From positions 1,728,001 through 1,792,000 of the forward strand of contig OZ220480.1 of NCBI GenBank assembly GCA_965116025.1: a DNA stretch of 64,000 bases, written 5' to 3'. The notes beneath the pieces are model-generated. The model ran no database searches. It was not told the origin of the DNA and saw only the letters and a program-made list of their open reading frames with translations. How positions within the stretch are numbered: the stretch's first letter is position 1; each line of letters starts with the position of its first letter. This document shows positions 10,585-21,522 of the stretch, piece by piece. Position numbers and translations under genes: made by a program. The stretch is from an uncultured candidatus Porisulfidus sp. (GTDB taxonomy: Bacteria > Pseudomonadota > Gammaproteobacteria > Poriferisulfidales > Poriferisulfidaceae).

Positions 10585-11116
10585 GCCCCGCCAAACGGCG
10601 ATATCGGCGCTGGAGGTCAATAAGCGAATAAGCGGCGTTGGCCGGACTTGGGTTGGGCGTCACATACACTCGCGCTCCCCCGATTTGGCGTGGTTGCTTT
10701 CCCCAGCGAATCATGGCGGGAGTCTCTCCGAGCGCGTATCTCAAAAACCCACGATATGCCTGTTTGCCGTGAAACCAGACCCATGCGGGGCGAATCTCCT
10801 CAATGAGAAGCGACAGGCGTGGCGCATCGCGCCGAAAATCCGCGGCTCGCAACTCATGTCCCTGCCGACTTGCCCGTTTCACGACATCGGTGAATCCTAT
10901 GCGGTCCCGCTCCAGAAGCGTCTGGTGAAAGGACCGGGACGGCTCGCCTTGAGTGCGGGCCAGCCCGGATTTCTCGAAAGCCGTCCAGAAACGATTCCGC
11001 GGGTTCGCGAAATAGAAGCCTTCGCGGACGGAAAGAGTAGAAGGATTCAACCCTACGGAGAGAACGCGCAGGCCCGAGTCCACGTAATCTGGCAATGTCG
11101 CGCGGGATGGCTCCAT
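10571..11116 (-). CDS. mug: Mismatch-specific uracil/thymine DNA glycosylase (Mug/TDG family)
   Basis: LPDY, VGLNPS, YFANPRNRFW, GFTDVVKR, PNPSPAN. Confidence 0.88.
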   Translation of the reverse strand: MEPSRATLPDYVDSGLRVLSVGLNPSTLSVREGFYFANPRNRFWTAFEKSGLARTQGEPSRSFHQTLLERDRIGFTDVVKRASRQGHELRAADFRRDAPRLSLLIEEIRPAWVWFHGKQAYRGFLRYALGETPAMIRWGKQPRQIGGARVYVTPNPSPANAAYSLIDLQRRYRRLAGHVDA

Positions 11117-11131
11117 GCGTCGCGTCGCTCG

Positions 11132-12205
11132 TTACTTGAATAGTTCCGCTTGACCGGACAGAACGCGAAACCGGTCGGTCCGCAAGGAATGGCGGTGCCC
11201 AGCCAAGTTATGCCGCCTGCAGGCCAACTCGAAGCGTTGCCGCAACAATCGCGCGAACTCCCCTTGCCCACTCATGCGTCGACCGAATTTCGGGTCGTAG
11301 TCAACCCCGCCGTGCATGCTTCGAACCACGTCCATGATCCTGTCGGCGCGTTCTGGGACATGTCGCTCGAGCCATTCCCGAAACAACTTCTTTAACTCAT
11401 GCGGCAGGCGCAGGATCACGTACCCGACGCAATAGGCCCCACATCGCGCGGCCGCTTGAATGATCTTTTCCAGTTCCTGATCATTCAAGAACGGAATCAT
11501 CGGGGCTGCCAAGACCCCCACCGGAATGCCGGCCTTCGACAACGTCCGCACCAGATCCACCCGGACGTGAGGAGCCCCAGCGCGTGGCTCAAGAATTCGG
11601 CTCAGTCCGGTGTCCAGCGTGGTGACGGATACTACCACCTCCGCGAGACCGTCTCGAGCCATATCCTGAAGAATGCCAAGATCCCGCTCAATCAGTCCCG
11701 ACTTGGTGATCACCGAGACCGGATGACGGAATTCTCGCAGGACTTCTAGAATCGAGCGGGTGATCTTAAGTTTTCGCTCGATCGGCTGATAAGCGTCCGT
11801 GTTGTAGCCAAGGCCAATGGTTCCACACTGATAGCGAGGCGCGCTGATTTCCCGAGCCAGCACATCCGCGGCGTTCGTCTTGCAGAAAATCCTGGTCTCG
11901 AAATCCAGACCTGGCGATAGACCCAGATAAGCGTGGTTGGGCCGCGCGAAGCAGTATGCGCATCCATGCTCACAACCACGGTAAGGATTCGCGGAGCGGT
12001 CTAGCGAGATATCTGGAGACTGGTTGTACGTGATGAGGCTCTTCGCCGGAGCGTCGAAGTAGCGCGTCTCCAGGGAATCTTCCTCATATTCGCGACCGTC
12101 ATGCTGAAATTCGATTCTTTCTGAATCATACCGGCCCGGCGGGTTGCTGATAGATCCCCGACCTTTCCGATAGGTCCATTGAACAGGGCTTTCGGCTGGG
12201 TTCAC
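11132..12205 (-). CDS. PA0069-family radical SAM protein
   Basis: RKGRG N-terminus, NPYRGCEHGCAYCFARP, NTDAYQPIE, LRLPHE. Confidence 0.92.
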   Translation of the reverse strand: MNPAESPVQWTYRKGRGSISNPPGRYDSERIEFQHDGREYEEDSLETRYFDAPAKSLITYNQSPDISLDRSANPYRGCEHGCAYCFARPNHAYLGLSPGLDFETRIFCKTNAADVLAREISAPRYQCGTIGLGYNTDAYQPIERKLKITRSILEVLREFRHPVSVITKSGLIERDLGILQDMARDGLAEVVVSVTTLDTGLSRILEPRAGAPHVRVDLVRTLSKAGIPVGVLAAPMIPFLNDQELEKIIQAAARCGAYCVGYVILRLPHELKKLFREWLERHVPERADRIMDVVRSMHGGVDYDPKFGRRMSGQGEFARLLRQRFELACRRHNLAGHRHSLRTDRFRVLSGQAELFK

Positions 12206-12535
12206 TTTACCAAGTTGATACGGATGGGGTCCGCGAATGATGGTATCACCAAACGCGCCATAATTTGCTGTTTAATTCCATATCACGGCGCGTGAGCAGA
12301 AATCAGGACGCAGAAAGTTCGCAAGCATCCTTGATGGCATGCATGGGAACAAGAGAAGTTTGGTGAGGCAAATCGAGAAGCATGGCGCCTTCAGCGAGGT
12401 CCGGCTTCCATCGCCCCGCCGCGCTCGAGCGGCTCGCGCCGCCGGTAGTCTTTGAATTCCTTCCTCCGCCGCGGGTCTCGGCGGGCGCGGTCCGCGCGCG
12501 GAGCGCGCTCACGCGCTATTTCTACCCGCGCGCGC

Positions 12536-15500
12536 TCACCACCGGAGGGAGGCGCGCAAGGCGATCCGGCTCTCGCCGCCGGTCTCCGCCTCCAGCGCCA
12601 GCGCCAGCGTCTCGCCACGGCGGTAGCGCGTCCCCAATCGCAGCAGCGCCAACCCGGACTCCTCCACCGACAGCCCCGCGTACGGCGTCGCCAGTCCCGC
12701 CCACGGCCCCGACAGCCCCTGACCCACCTCCGCCTCCAGCCGCGTCCGAGCCTCCGCCTCCCCCAGCCTCGCCGACGACCCCTCCCGCGCGAACAGCCGC
12801 GCCAGCCCGCTCCCCGCGTCGCCCCGACCCAGCGACAGCCGCAGCGACGGACCCCGACCGCTCGCCTCCGGCGTCACCGACATCCGCGCGCTCGCGCTCC
12901 ACTCGTCGCGATCCGCCTCGTGCGCCACCAGCATGCGCGTCCGAAGCTCCACCGACATCCGGCCCGTCCCATCCAAGTACGACACGCTCGCCCCCAGCTC
13001 CGCCCCCGCCCCGTCCGTCGCGTCGCCGGCGTCAGCCGGCCCCCATCCTCCAAGACCCGCTCCCGCGACCCCTCCAGCGCCAGCCGAACGCGGCTCGCGT
13101 CCACCGACAGCCCCTCCAGCCCGTCCTCCGCGTCCGTCCGCGCCCGCGCCAGCGAGCCTTCCCCCCGCAGCTCCAATCGCAGAACGTCTCCCCCCGCGCC
13201 CGAGCGCTCCGACAGCGTCCGCCAGCCCCCCGCCGACGCGCTCCGCGTCCGCAAGTCCGCCTCCCGCGTCGCCTGACCGTCCTCCCGCACCCGAACCTTC
13301 CCGCGCCCGTAGCTCGCGCTCGCCCACAAGCTCGACCCGTCCTCCAAAAGCCACGCCACATACGGGCGCACCGACGCCAGCCGCGTCTCGTGCCGCCCCC
13401 GAACCCCGTCCGCCTCCGTGTCCAGATCGCCCTCCGCATAAGACGCCGCCACCCCCGCCAGAACGTCCGGGCGCGCCCGAAAGTCCACCCCGGCGTGCGC
13501 CGACCACACCTCCCCGTCCCAGGACACCCCGTCCTCCGACCCGTCCAGCGACGACAGCGCCCCGCGAACCCACGCCGACGCCACCCGGCTCCCGTCCGCC
13601 CCGGTCAGCCCCGTCGCCAGCGCCATCCCGGACAGCGCCGCCCGCCAGTCCGGCCCGTCCGCGCCCGCCCCCGACGCCAGCGCCGCGCCCAGGTCCAGCG
13701 CCTCCGGCTCCACCCCCGACGCCGCGACCTCGATCCGCTGGGCGATCACCCCGGTCGCCTGCGCCACCGCCGCCGCCAGCGCCTGCGGCAGCGCCGCCGC
13801 GTTCACCCGGCTCGCCCGCGCCGCCGCCCCCAGCCGGTCGCTCACTATCCCGTCCGCCAGGGCGTCCGCCCCCACCGCGTAGCCCGTCCCCGCCAGCAGC
13901 TCGACCCGGTACGCCTCCTCCCCCTCCGACCCCTGATCCCCTGCCGTCGGGATCAGCACCATCCCCGTCATCCCCGCCTCTGCCCCGAAGTTCGCCTGGA
14001 AGTCCCGCGGGCCCAGCCCGCCCTCCACGTCCTCCGCGTCGAAGCCGCTGTCCTCCCGCGCCGACAGCCTCAGGCGAACCGCCAGCATGCCCGTCACCGC
14101 CTTGTCCGACGCCACCGTCAGCCGGATCGCCTCCCCCTCCGCCGTCACCGACGGATCCATCGATAATTGCAGGATCGGCGTCGTCTCCGACACCGACACC
14201 GACACGTCCGACAGCGTCGCCGCGTCGTAGCCCCCGCCCGCGATCGCGTGCGTCAGCGTCACCGCCGCCTCCGCCTCCGCGTCCTCGTCCGCCGCCGCCG
14301 ACACCGTCACCGTCCGCGCCGTCGACCAGCTCGCCGCCGTGAACGTCAGGCTCGTCGGCGCCGCCGACACGTCTCCCGACGCCCCGCCCACCGTCACCAC
14401 CACGTCCCCCGCCTCCGGCGGCGGAATGTGCAGAACCACCGTGTACGCCGCGCTCCCGCCCTCCACGACCGTCAGCTCCGTCGGCGCCACCGTTCCCCCC
14501 GGATCGTCCTCCGTCACCGACACCGACACCGACCCGAACGCCACCGCGTCGTAGCCCCCGCCCGTCGCCGAGTGCGTCAGCCGCGTCGACGGGTCCGGCA
14601 TCGTGTCGTCGTCCGACGCCGCCGACACCGTCACCGCCTGCGCCGTCGACCAGCTCGCCGTCGTGAACGTCAGGCGCGTCGGCGCCGCCGACACGTCTCC
14701 CGACGCCCCGCCCACCGACACCGTCACCGCCGCCGACGGCTCCGCCCCCAGAACCACCGTGTACGAGCCGCTCCCGCCCTCCGCCACCGTCAGCGCCGCC
14801 GTCGACACCGTCGCGCTCGCCGCGTCGTCGTCCTTCACCGTCACCGTCACGCTCCCCGCCGTCACGCTCCCGTAGCCCGACACCGCGTGGCTCACCGTCA
14901 CCTCCTCGTCGCCCACGTCGTTGTCCTGAACCCCGGACACCGTCACCGTCTGGGCCATCGACCAGTTCGCCGTCGTGAACGCCAGCGACCCCGACGCCGT
15001 CGCCGCCCCCGGGTCCGAGCTCGACGGCGCCACCGTCACGCCTCCCTCCGGCTTCGTGTTCAGCCGCACCGTGTACGTTCGGGTTCCGTCCTCGGCCACC
15101 GTCAGCTCCGACCGCGACAGGATCACCCCCGGCGCCGCCGTCGGCGTCGCCTTCACCTCCGTCGAATAGCCGTTCTCCGGCGCCCGCGTCCCGTCGGGCG
15201 CCTCGGCGTACATCCGGAACGTGTACTCCACGCCATTGCGAAACCCCGTGCCCTCGCCCCGCTCCACGGCGCTCGTCTGGCTTCCGCGAACGCGGCGAGT
15301 GCCCCACTCGGGCGGCATTTTCGCCCGGCTCTCGTCGTTCGTGTATTGGTAGACCCACCACGCCACCCCCGGCTGGGCGTCCCAGCTCAGCGTCACCGAG
15401 CGGTCGCCCGCCGTCGCCATCAGCGTCGGCGTCGCCAGCCCCGCCGTCGGCGTCGCCGGCTCCGGCGACGACGCCGGGCCCGCCCCGGCCGAGTTCCGCG

Positions 15501-18500
15501 CCCGAACCTGAAACTGATACCGCGCGCCGTTGTCCAGCCCCGTCACCGCGTGGCTTCGGGTCGCCGCCACCGAACCGGAGATGCTGGTCCACCCGCCCCA
15601 TCGGGCCGCCCTCTTCTTCCGCCTCATCTGCCAGGCCGCGATCGACGCGTCCGCCCGCGGGAGCGTCCACGACAGCGTCACCTGACCGTCGCCCGCCGCC
15701 GTCGACAGGGTCGGCCTGCCGGAGGGCTTGACCACCGTCGCCGCCGCCCCGTCGCCCAGCGTCCCGTCCGCGCGCCGCGCCGACGCCGAGGCCGCCACCG
15801 CGTAGCCCGTATCGTCCATCAGCGTGATCCGGTAGGTCTCGTCGCCCTCCGTCTCCGCGTCCGCCACCGTCCTGATCGTCACCGTCCCCGCGTGCGACGC
15901 GGCGGAGCCGAACTCCGCGACGAAATCCCGCTCCAGCGCCCCCACGATATCGGCCGCGTCGAAGCCGCTGGCGTCCCGCGCCGCCAGCCGCAGGCGCACC
16001 GAGAGGTCGCCCGTCAGCGCCTTGTCCGACGTGATCGTCAGGCTGATCGCCGTCCCCTCCGTCACCTTCGCCGGATCGGTCGACAGCCGCAGCGTCGGCG
16101 TCGCGTCCGACACCGTCACGACGACGGCGTCCACGCTCAGCGCCGAGCCGTAGGCCGCGTCCCCGCTGGACGCCGCGTGCGTCAGCGTCGCCACGTCGTC
16201 CTCCACGTCCTCGTCCGTTCCCGCCGACACCGTCACCGTCTGGGCCGTCGCCCAATTCGCCGTCGTGAACGTCAGCGGCGCGCCCGACGCCGTCACCTCC
16301 CCCGACGCCCCGCCCACCGACACCGTCACCGGCGCCGACGGCGCCGCGTCCAGAACCACCGCGTACGACCCGCTCCCGCCCTCCTCCACCGTCAGCTCCG
16401 TCGGCGCCACCGACACCCCCGCCGACGCCGCCGGCGTCACCCCCGCCGAGGCGTCCGACGCGGCGCCCACGCCCTCGCCGTTCACCGCCCGAACCCGGAA
16501 GCGATACTCCGCCCCGTTCTCCAGCCCCGACACCACGTGGCTCGTCGACGTCGCGTCCGTGCCTTCCATGTTGGCCCAGTCCTCCCAAGCGGCGCTCCCC
16601 TTCTTCCATTGAACCCGCCAGACCGTCACCGTGTCGTCGTCCAGATCGTCCCAGCTCAGCGTCGCCCGCCCGGCGCCCGGCGACGCCGCCAGCCCGGTCG
16701 GCTTCGCCGGAACCGCCGTCGCCGCCTCCGCCACCGTCACCTTCACGCTCCCCGCCTCCGGGATGAAGTCCGCGCTCGCCCCGGCGAGCCGAAAGGCGTG
16801 CGTGAGCGTCGCCGTCCCCGCCGCCACCCCGGACACCGTCACCGTCCGCGCCATGGCGGCGTTGGCCTGGGTGAACGTCAGGACTGGCGGCGACGCCGTC
16901 GCCTTCCCCGGCGCCGAGCTCGCGATCGTCAGCGTCCCGGAATCGCCCACCGTGATCAACGCGTCACCGTGCAGGGCCACCGTGTAGGTCGCGGTCCCGT
17001 TCGGCTCCACCGACACCGGCGCCCCCGCGAGGGTCAGCGCCGACCGGGCGGCGCTGGCGTTGGTCATCGTCGCCTCCGCCGCGTTCGACCACGGGCCAAA
17101 TCGGTTGCCAAAACCCCCCGCGCTCCAAGCCCTGCCAGAATGCCGAACCTGATACTCGATCACCGCGCCGTTCAGCCAGTTCGCCGAATCGTCGTAACTT
17201 CGGGTATGGGGCTGGGAGAGGCGCATCCACGTCGACGAGCCCCATCCGGTCTTCCCTTTCCTCCTGGATCGAAAATACCAGTCATTGAGATGGCTGCCGT
17301 CCGTCACGACCGCGTGCGGGTCCGCGTCCGCCACCACCCAGCTCAGCCCCGCCGCGCCGCCGGCCTTCGCCGCGACGCTCAAGGTCGGCGCCACCGCCGC
17401 CTTCGGCGTCCCCGCGTCCGCGTCCGAGACCAGGCCATTCCCGTTATCGCTCACCGCCCGAACCTGAAACCCGTACGTCGTCCCGTTCGTCAGATCCCCC
17501 ACATCGTAGTGGGTCGTGCCGGCGCCCGAGCTCGGAACGTCCATCCAGGCGCCGTAGCTCCCGGTCCCCTCCTTCCGCCGATACTGCCACTTGGTGATGG
17601 TCGCGTCGCCCGGATCCGTCCACGACAGCCGCGCCCGACCGTCCCCCGGCTGAACCGAGAAGCCGGCCGGCTTCTCCGGAACCGACAGCTCGCGCACCGT
17701 CACCGACACGCTCCCCGCGTCCGCGAACGCCGCCGCCGACTTCCCCGCGTACGTGAACCCGTGCGTGAGCGTCGCCGTCCCCGCCGCCACTCCGGTCACC
17801 GTCACCGTCTGCGCCACGTTCCAGCTCGACGACGTGAACGTCAGCCGCGACGGCTCGACCGTCGCCTTCCCCGCGTCCGAGCTCGACGCCGACACCACCC
17901 CCGACAGCGCCTCCGACAGCGCCACCGCGTAGGTCGCGCCGCCCGTCCGCTCCACGCTCACCGTGGCGGGAGTCAGCGACAGCAACGGCTTGTTCGCGTT
18001 GACCACCGTGGCCTCGACCGTGTCGCTCCAGGGCCCGGGGTCCGAGGCGTTCACCCCCCGCGCCTGATACTCCAGAACCTCGCCGTTGAAAAACCCGGAC
18101 GTCACCACCTCATGCGATCTCGCGCTCCCGTCCGACCCGGGGATCGAGACCTCCGTCCAGTCGGCTTCCCCTTCCCCCTTCCGCCGCCAGCGATAGTCGA
18201 AGCTCGTCGAGCCGTGACGCAAGCGCACGCCCCAGCTCAGCCGCGCCATGTCCTCGCTCGCGGTCGCGCTCAGGCTCGTCAGGCTCAGCGGCGGCGCCAC
18301 CCGAACGGTCACCGTCGTCGAGGTCGTCCCCGCCGGATCCGCGCTGCCGTCCACCCCCCGCCAGCTCCAGGTCACCGTGTGCTTCCCCAAACCCAGATCC
18401 GCGCAGGGACTCAGGTTCGTGTTGGGACCACGACTCGACACGCCGGGAATCTCGCTCGTGACCTCCACGCCGATTTTCGAGTCCTTAAGCGCCGAATGCG

Positions 18501-19453
18501 CCGGAACCGCGGTCATCCCGGACCGCGTCTCCAGATACTTCGTCCCGCCCTGCTCCACCGAAAGCAGGTTGAAGCACTCCCGCACCGTCGACTTCCCGGA
18601 AGGCTTGTTCGCGATGAAATCCGCCCTTGAGACTAGCGTCGGGGCCGGCTTCCGCGGCGTGGCCTCCACCCAGCCCTGGTTGTTGGCGGTGCTTATGGCG
18701 ATCACGGTCCGGCCCCCCGGACCCACCAGCCGAACCCGGAAGACGCCTCGCTCGCCGTCGCCGTTCGCGGGCGCCCCATACGAGGCTTTTCTCGTGCTGA
18801 CGCCGCCATCCAAATCGAGCCAACGGCCCTCTCCGTTCCGGTCCCGAAGCCGGATCCACTCGACCTGCCAGCTCACCGCCCCATCGGTGGAGCCCTTGTA
18901 ATTCCAAAAAAGATCGAACCCACGATCCACTCCTACCACCCTGAGGCTGACCTGCGGCAACGTCACGGAGCGCTCGTTGGAACTGGTCGCTAGTGTCGCC
19001 CCGCTCCGGTTAATGGAGACCACGGCCTGGAAGTAGTAAGTCTGGCCAGCGGTCAGGTCCGACACGACGTGCGACCCCGAGCTCTTTCCCGCGGAGCCGG
19101 GAATAAGATTCCAGCCGCCATAGCTTCCCGAGGAGGTCCCGTACCGGTACTCCCATTTCTGGATATTGCCCGCGATGCCCGTTGAGTAGTTCAGCGTGAC
19201 CTTCCCGAGTCCCGGACCCGGGGCGACGGTGATACTAGTGGCCCAGGCGACCCGCGGCGCGAGCGCGCAAAGCGCGAGAAAAGCGGCGGCGAGAACGGCC
19301 GCGCTCAGGCGGCGGGCATCGCTCCCGAGACGGCCATCCACCGCCTCAGCCCCGCCACCATATAGGGGGGGGGGGGGGGGGGGCAGCGGATACGGAGGAG
19401 CGCGCGTCAGGCCCCAAGCGCCCGACCCGCGGCGTCGCCAATACAGTCGTCAT
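12536..19453 (-). CDS. Giant surface adhesin / autotransporter-like protein (about 8 FN3, 6 Ig-like LTFT repeats, 2 Calx-beta, C-terminal barrel); out of frame at the poly-C tract and again near 13030
   Basis: Main ORF 12874-19341 with signal peptide ending VAWA; barrel C-terminus continues in another frame to ...RIALRASLRW* at 12536; upstream ATG 19453 joins the main ORF if the C19 tract loses one base. Confidence 0.8.
14294..14717. repeat. About 100-bp near-identical direct repeat (14294-14393 and 14618-14717) in adjacent adhesin domains
   Basis: 4 mismatches by manual alignment; offset 324 bp, one domain length. Confidence 0.85.
19365..19383. repeat. G19 homopolymer (C19 on coding strand), candidate phase-variation tract
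   Basis: Counted directly; lies between ATG 19453 and the signal-peptide h-region. Confidence 0.9.
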
Positions 19454-19495
19454 CTCTCTCGTATCTCCCTCGCTCCCACGCGCGCGGCGCGCGAC

Positions 19496-19501
19496 ATTAT
19501 A
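19496..19501 (-). promoter_or_regulatory. Putative -10 box for the adhesin gene
   Basis: TATAAT about 43 nt upstream of ATG 19453; purine-rich RBS-like leader; -35 poor. Confidence 0.4.
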
Positions 19502-19590
19502 AACGCATTTGAGAGGCGCAGGAAATAGCCTGCGGTTTCGGACCGCGACAGAAAGGCCGAAATCAGAACGCCGAAGCTCACGCTTACCGT

Positions 19591-20061
19591 TCAAGCGGCG
19601 ACCAGTATCCATTCGATCATGCCAAGCACTAGCATGGTGAGAACCCCGGCCAGCAAATCGTCGAGCATAATCCCGACTCCTCCGCTAAACCGACGCTCCA
19701 CCCAGCCGACAGGCCCCGGTTTCAGGATATCGAGAAAACGGAAAATCACGAACCCCGCGACCGCCCACGCTAACCCGCGCGGCGCCGCCGCCATGGCGAC
19801 TAAATAGCCAGCCATCTCATCCCAAACCACCTCTTTCGGGTCCCGATTTCCCAAAGATCGGGCCGCCTGTTCGCACAGCCAGATTCCTGCCAGTAGCATG
19901 ATTCCCAGCGCGAGAGCGTAAATATACCAAGGATGCTTGGACAGCCCGAAATAAAGCGTGGCTCCAAGCAAGGTTCCCGCGGTGCCCGGAAATTTCGGGC
20001 AGTAGCCAACTCCGAAGCCGGTCGCCAGAAAAACGGTCAAGCGTTGCCATGTGACGCGCAT
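19591..20061 (-). CDS. pgpA: Phosphatidylglycerophosphatase A
   Basis: PGTAGT, DPKEVVWDEMAG, FRFLDILKP, GIMLDDLLAG; follows thiL. Confidence 0.94.
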   Translation of the reverse strand: MRVTWQRLTVFLATGFGVGYCPKFPGTAGTLLGATLYFGLSKHPWYIYALALGIMLLAGIWLCEQAARSLGNRDPKEVVWDEMAGYLVAMAAAPRGLAWAVAGFVIFRFLDILKPGPVGWVERRFSGGVGIMLDDLLAGVLTMLVLGMIEWILVAA

Positions 20062-20067
20062 GCCCAG

Positions 20068-21015
20068 TCAAGCGTCGTTGAAATGGTCGTAACCGAGCCG
20101 AGGCGGCAACGACACTGGCTCGCCTTCCAGCGTCAAGCTTAATTCCTCGCTTGAGGACACGGTCCCGATTCCGCTGACCTGCACGCCAAGCTGATCGCCA
20201 ATTTTCAGGATTTTCTCCCACTCGGATTCCGGAGCCGTGAACACCAGTTCGTAATCCTCACCTCCTCCCAAGATTGAAAACCAATCCCCGGCCACCCTTC
20301 GCTCCGTGGCGACTGACACGGATACTGGGATATCCGCCAGCTCCACCGAGGCGCCTTTTCCACTCCGTTTCAGCAATCGTCCCAAATCTTTCAGGATGCC
20401 GTCCGAAATATCCATGGCCGCGTGCGCGTGGCCGCGTGCGCGGTGCCCGAATTCCAGTCTGGGCCGTGGTCGCCGCAACCGCTCTCCACATCTCTCCAGC
20501 CCGGCACGTCCTGGATGGAGCCGAGCCAAGGCCGCGTCCCCCACTGTTCCGGTGACCCCGATTCTGTCCCCGACCTTCGCCGCGTCGCGCCGAAGGGGTG
20601 GCGCGTCCCCTTCCAGGGAGCCAATGACCGTAATGCATGCGCCAAGCTCGCCCCGGGAAAGATCTCCTCCGGCCAGCGCGATCCCATGTTCCCGAGCCAG
20701 TTCCCTGATTCCCTCGCTGAAAGCGGCGACCCATCTCTCGTCGATTCGCGGCATGGAAAGTCCCAGCGTGAAGCACACTGGAGTAGCTCCCATCGCGGCC
20801 AAATCGCTGAGATTGACCGCCAATGCCTTATAGCCAAGATCGACAGGATCATCCCCCGGGTCGAAGTGCGCGCCCTGCAGGAACAGATCCGTGCTGATCG
20901 CGCATTTTCCGGGCGGCGGCGTTAGCAACGCCGCGTCGTCTCCCGGCCCCAAAATAAGTGTTGGCGAATCCGCGTCGAAGCTGAAATACCTTTCGATTAG
21001 CGTATCTTCGTCCAT
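20068..21015 (-). CDS. thiL: Thiamine-monophosphate kinase
   Basis: GPGDDAA, AVNLSDLAAMGA, MDISDG, GGEDYEL, GYDHF. Confidence 0.95.
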   Translation of the reverse strand: MDEDTLIERYFSFDADSPTLILGPGDDAALLTPPPGKCAISTDLFLQGAHFDPGDDPVDLGYKALAVNLSDLAAMGATPVCFTLGLSMPRIDERWVAAFSEGIRELAREHGIALAGGDLSRGELGACITVIGSLEGDAPPLRRDAAKVGDRIGVTGTVGDAALARLHPGRAGLERCGERLRRPRPRLEFGHRARGHAHAAMDISDGILKDLGRLLKRSGKGASVELADIPVSVSVATERRVAGDWFSILGGGEDYELVFTAPESEWEKILKIGDQLGVQVSGIGTVSSSEELSLTLEGEPVSLPPRLGYDHFNDA

Positions 21016-21057
21016 CTTGGATTCGAGGGGGCGAGCGCCCGACTGCTCGGAAGGCCG

Positions 21058-21522
21058 TCAGGCCGCGCGCAAGTCCGCCGACGCTCGGTCAAGGACGGCG
21101 TTGACGTATTTACCGCCTTTCTCCGTGCCGAACTTTCCGGCCAGCTGGGTCGCCTCGGACAGAATCACGGCGGTGGGGATTTCCTGGAAATGCAGCAGCT
21201 CGTAGCATGCGAAGCGGAGTACCGCGCGCTCCACCGGGTCCAAGCGCCGCATGGGGCGGTCGAGGATCGGGGCCAGCCGCTCCTGGAGAGCCTCCTCAGA
21301 GTCCACGACGCCGCGCACCAGTTGCCGGAAATAGTTCGAATCGGCTCGCAGGATGTCGTCTTTGCGCGAGAATTGGTCCAGCAAACCCGGGACATCGTCT
21401 CCCGAGACATCCCACTGGTAAAGCGCCTGCAGAGCGAGGCGGCGAGCCCAGTGGCGCCCGCGGCGCTCGGCTCGGTCTTTCTCGAACGATGAGGAAGACT
21501 CAGTCATCATCGTCATCGTCAT
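21058..21522 (-). CDS. nusB: Transcription antitermination factor NusB (exact start uncertain)
   Basis: ARRLALQALYQW, LDPVERAVLR, KYVNAVLD. Confidence 0.94.
   Translation of the reverse strand: MTMTMMTESSSSFEKDRAERRGRHWARRLALQALYQWDVSGDDVPGLLDQFSRKDDILRADSNYFRQLVRGVVDSEEALQERLAPILDRPMRRLDPVERAVLRFACYELLHFQEIPTAVILSEATQLAGKFGTEKGGKYVNAVLDRASADLRAA

Noticed and set aside
14294-14717. Possible DGR template/variable repeat pair
   Set aside because: Only 4 mismatches, mostly transitions and not one-directional from adenine; in-frame domain duplication; no reverse transcriptase in the window
12382-18630. Long alternative-frame ORFs (594, 469, 1487 aa on +; most of the 1357-aa ORF on -)
   Set aside because: Low-complexity Arg/Pro/Gly shadows of the adhesin's skewed codons; only the last ~165 aa of the 1357-aa ORF look real
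12515-19529. 8-bp inverted GCTATTTC on both sides of the adhesin as element ends
   Set aside because: Too short to exceed chance; no recombinase or target duplication
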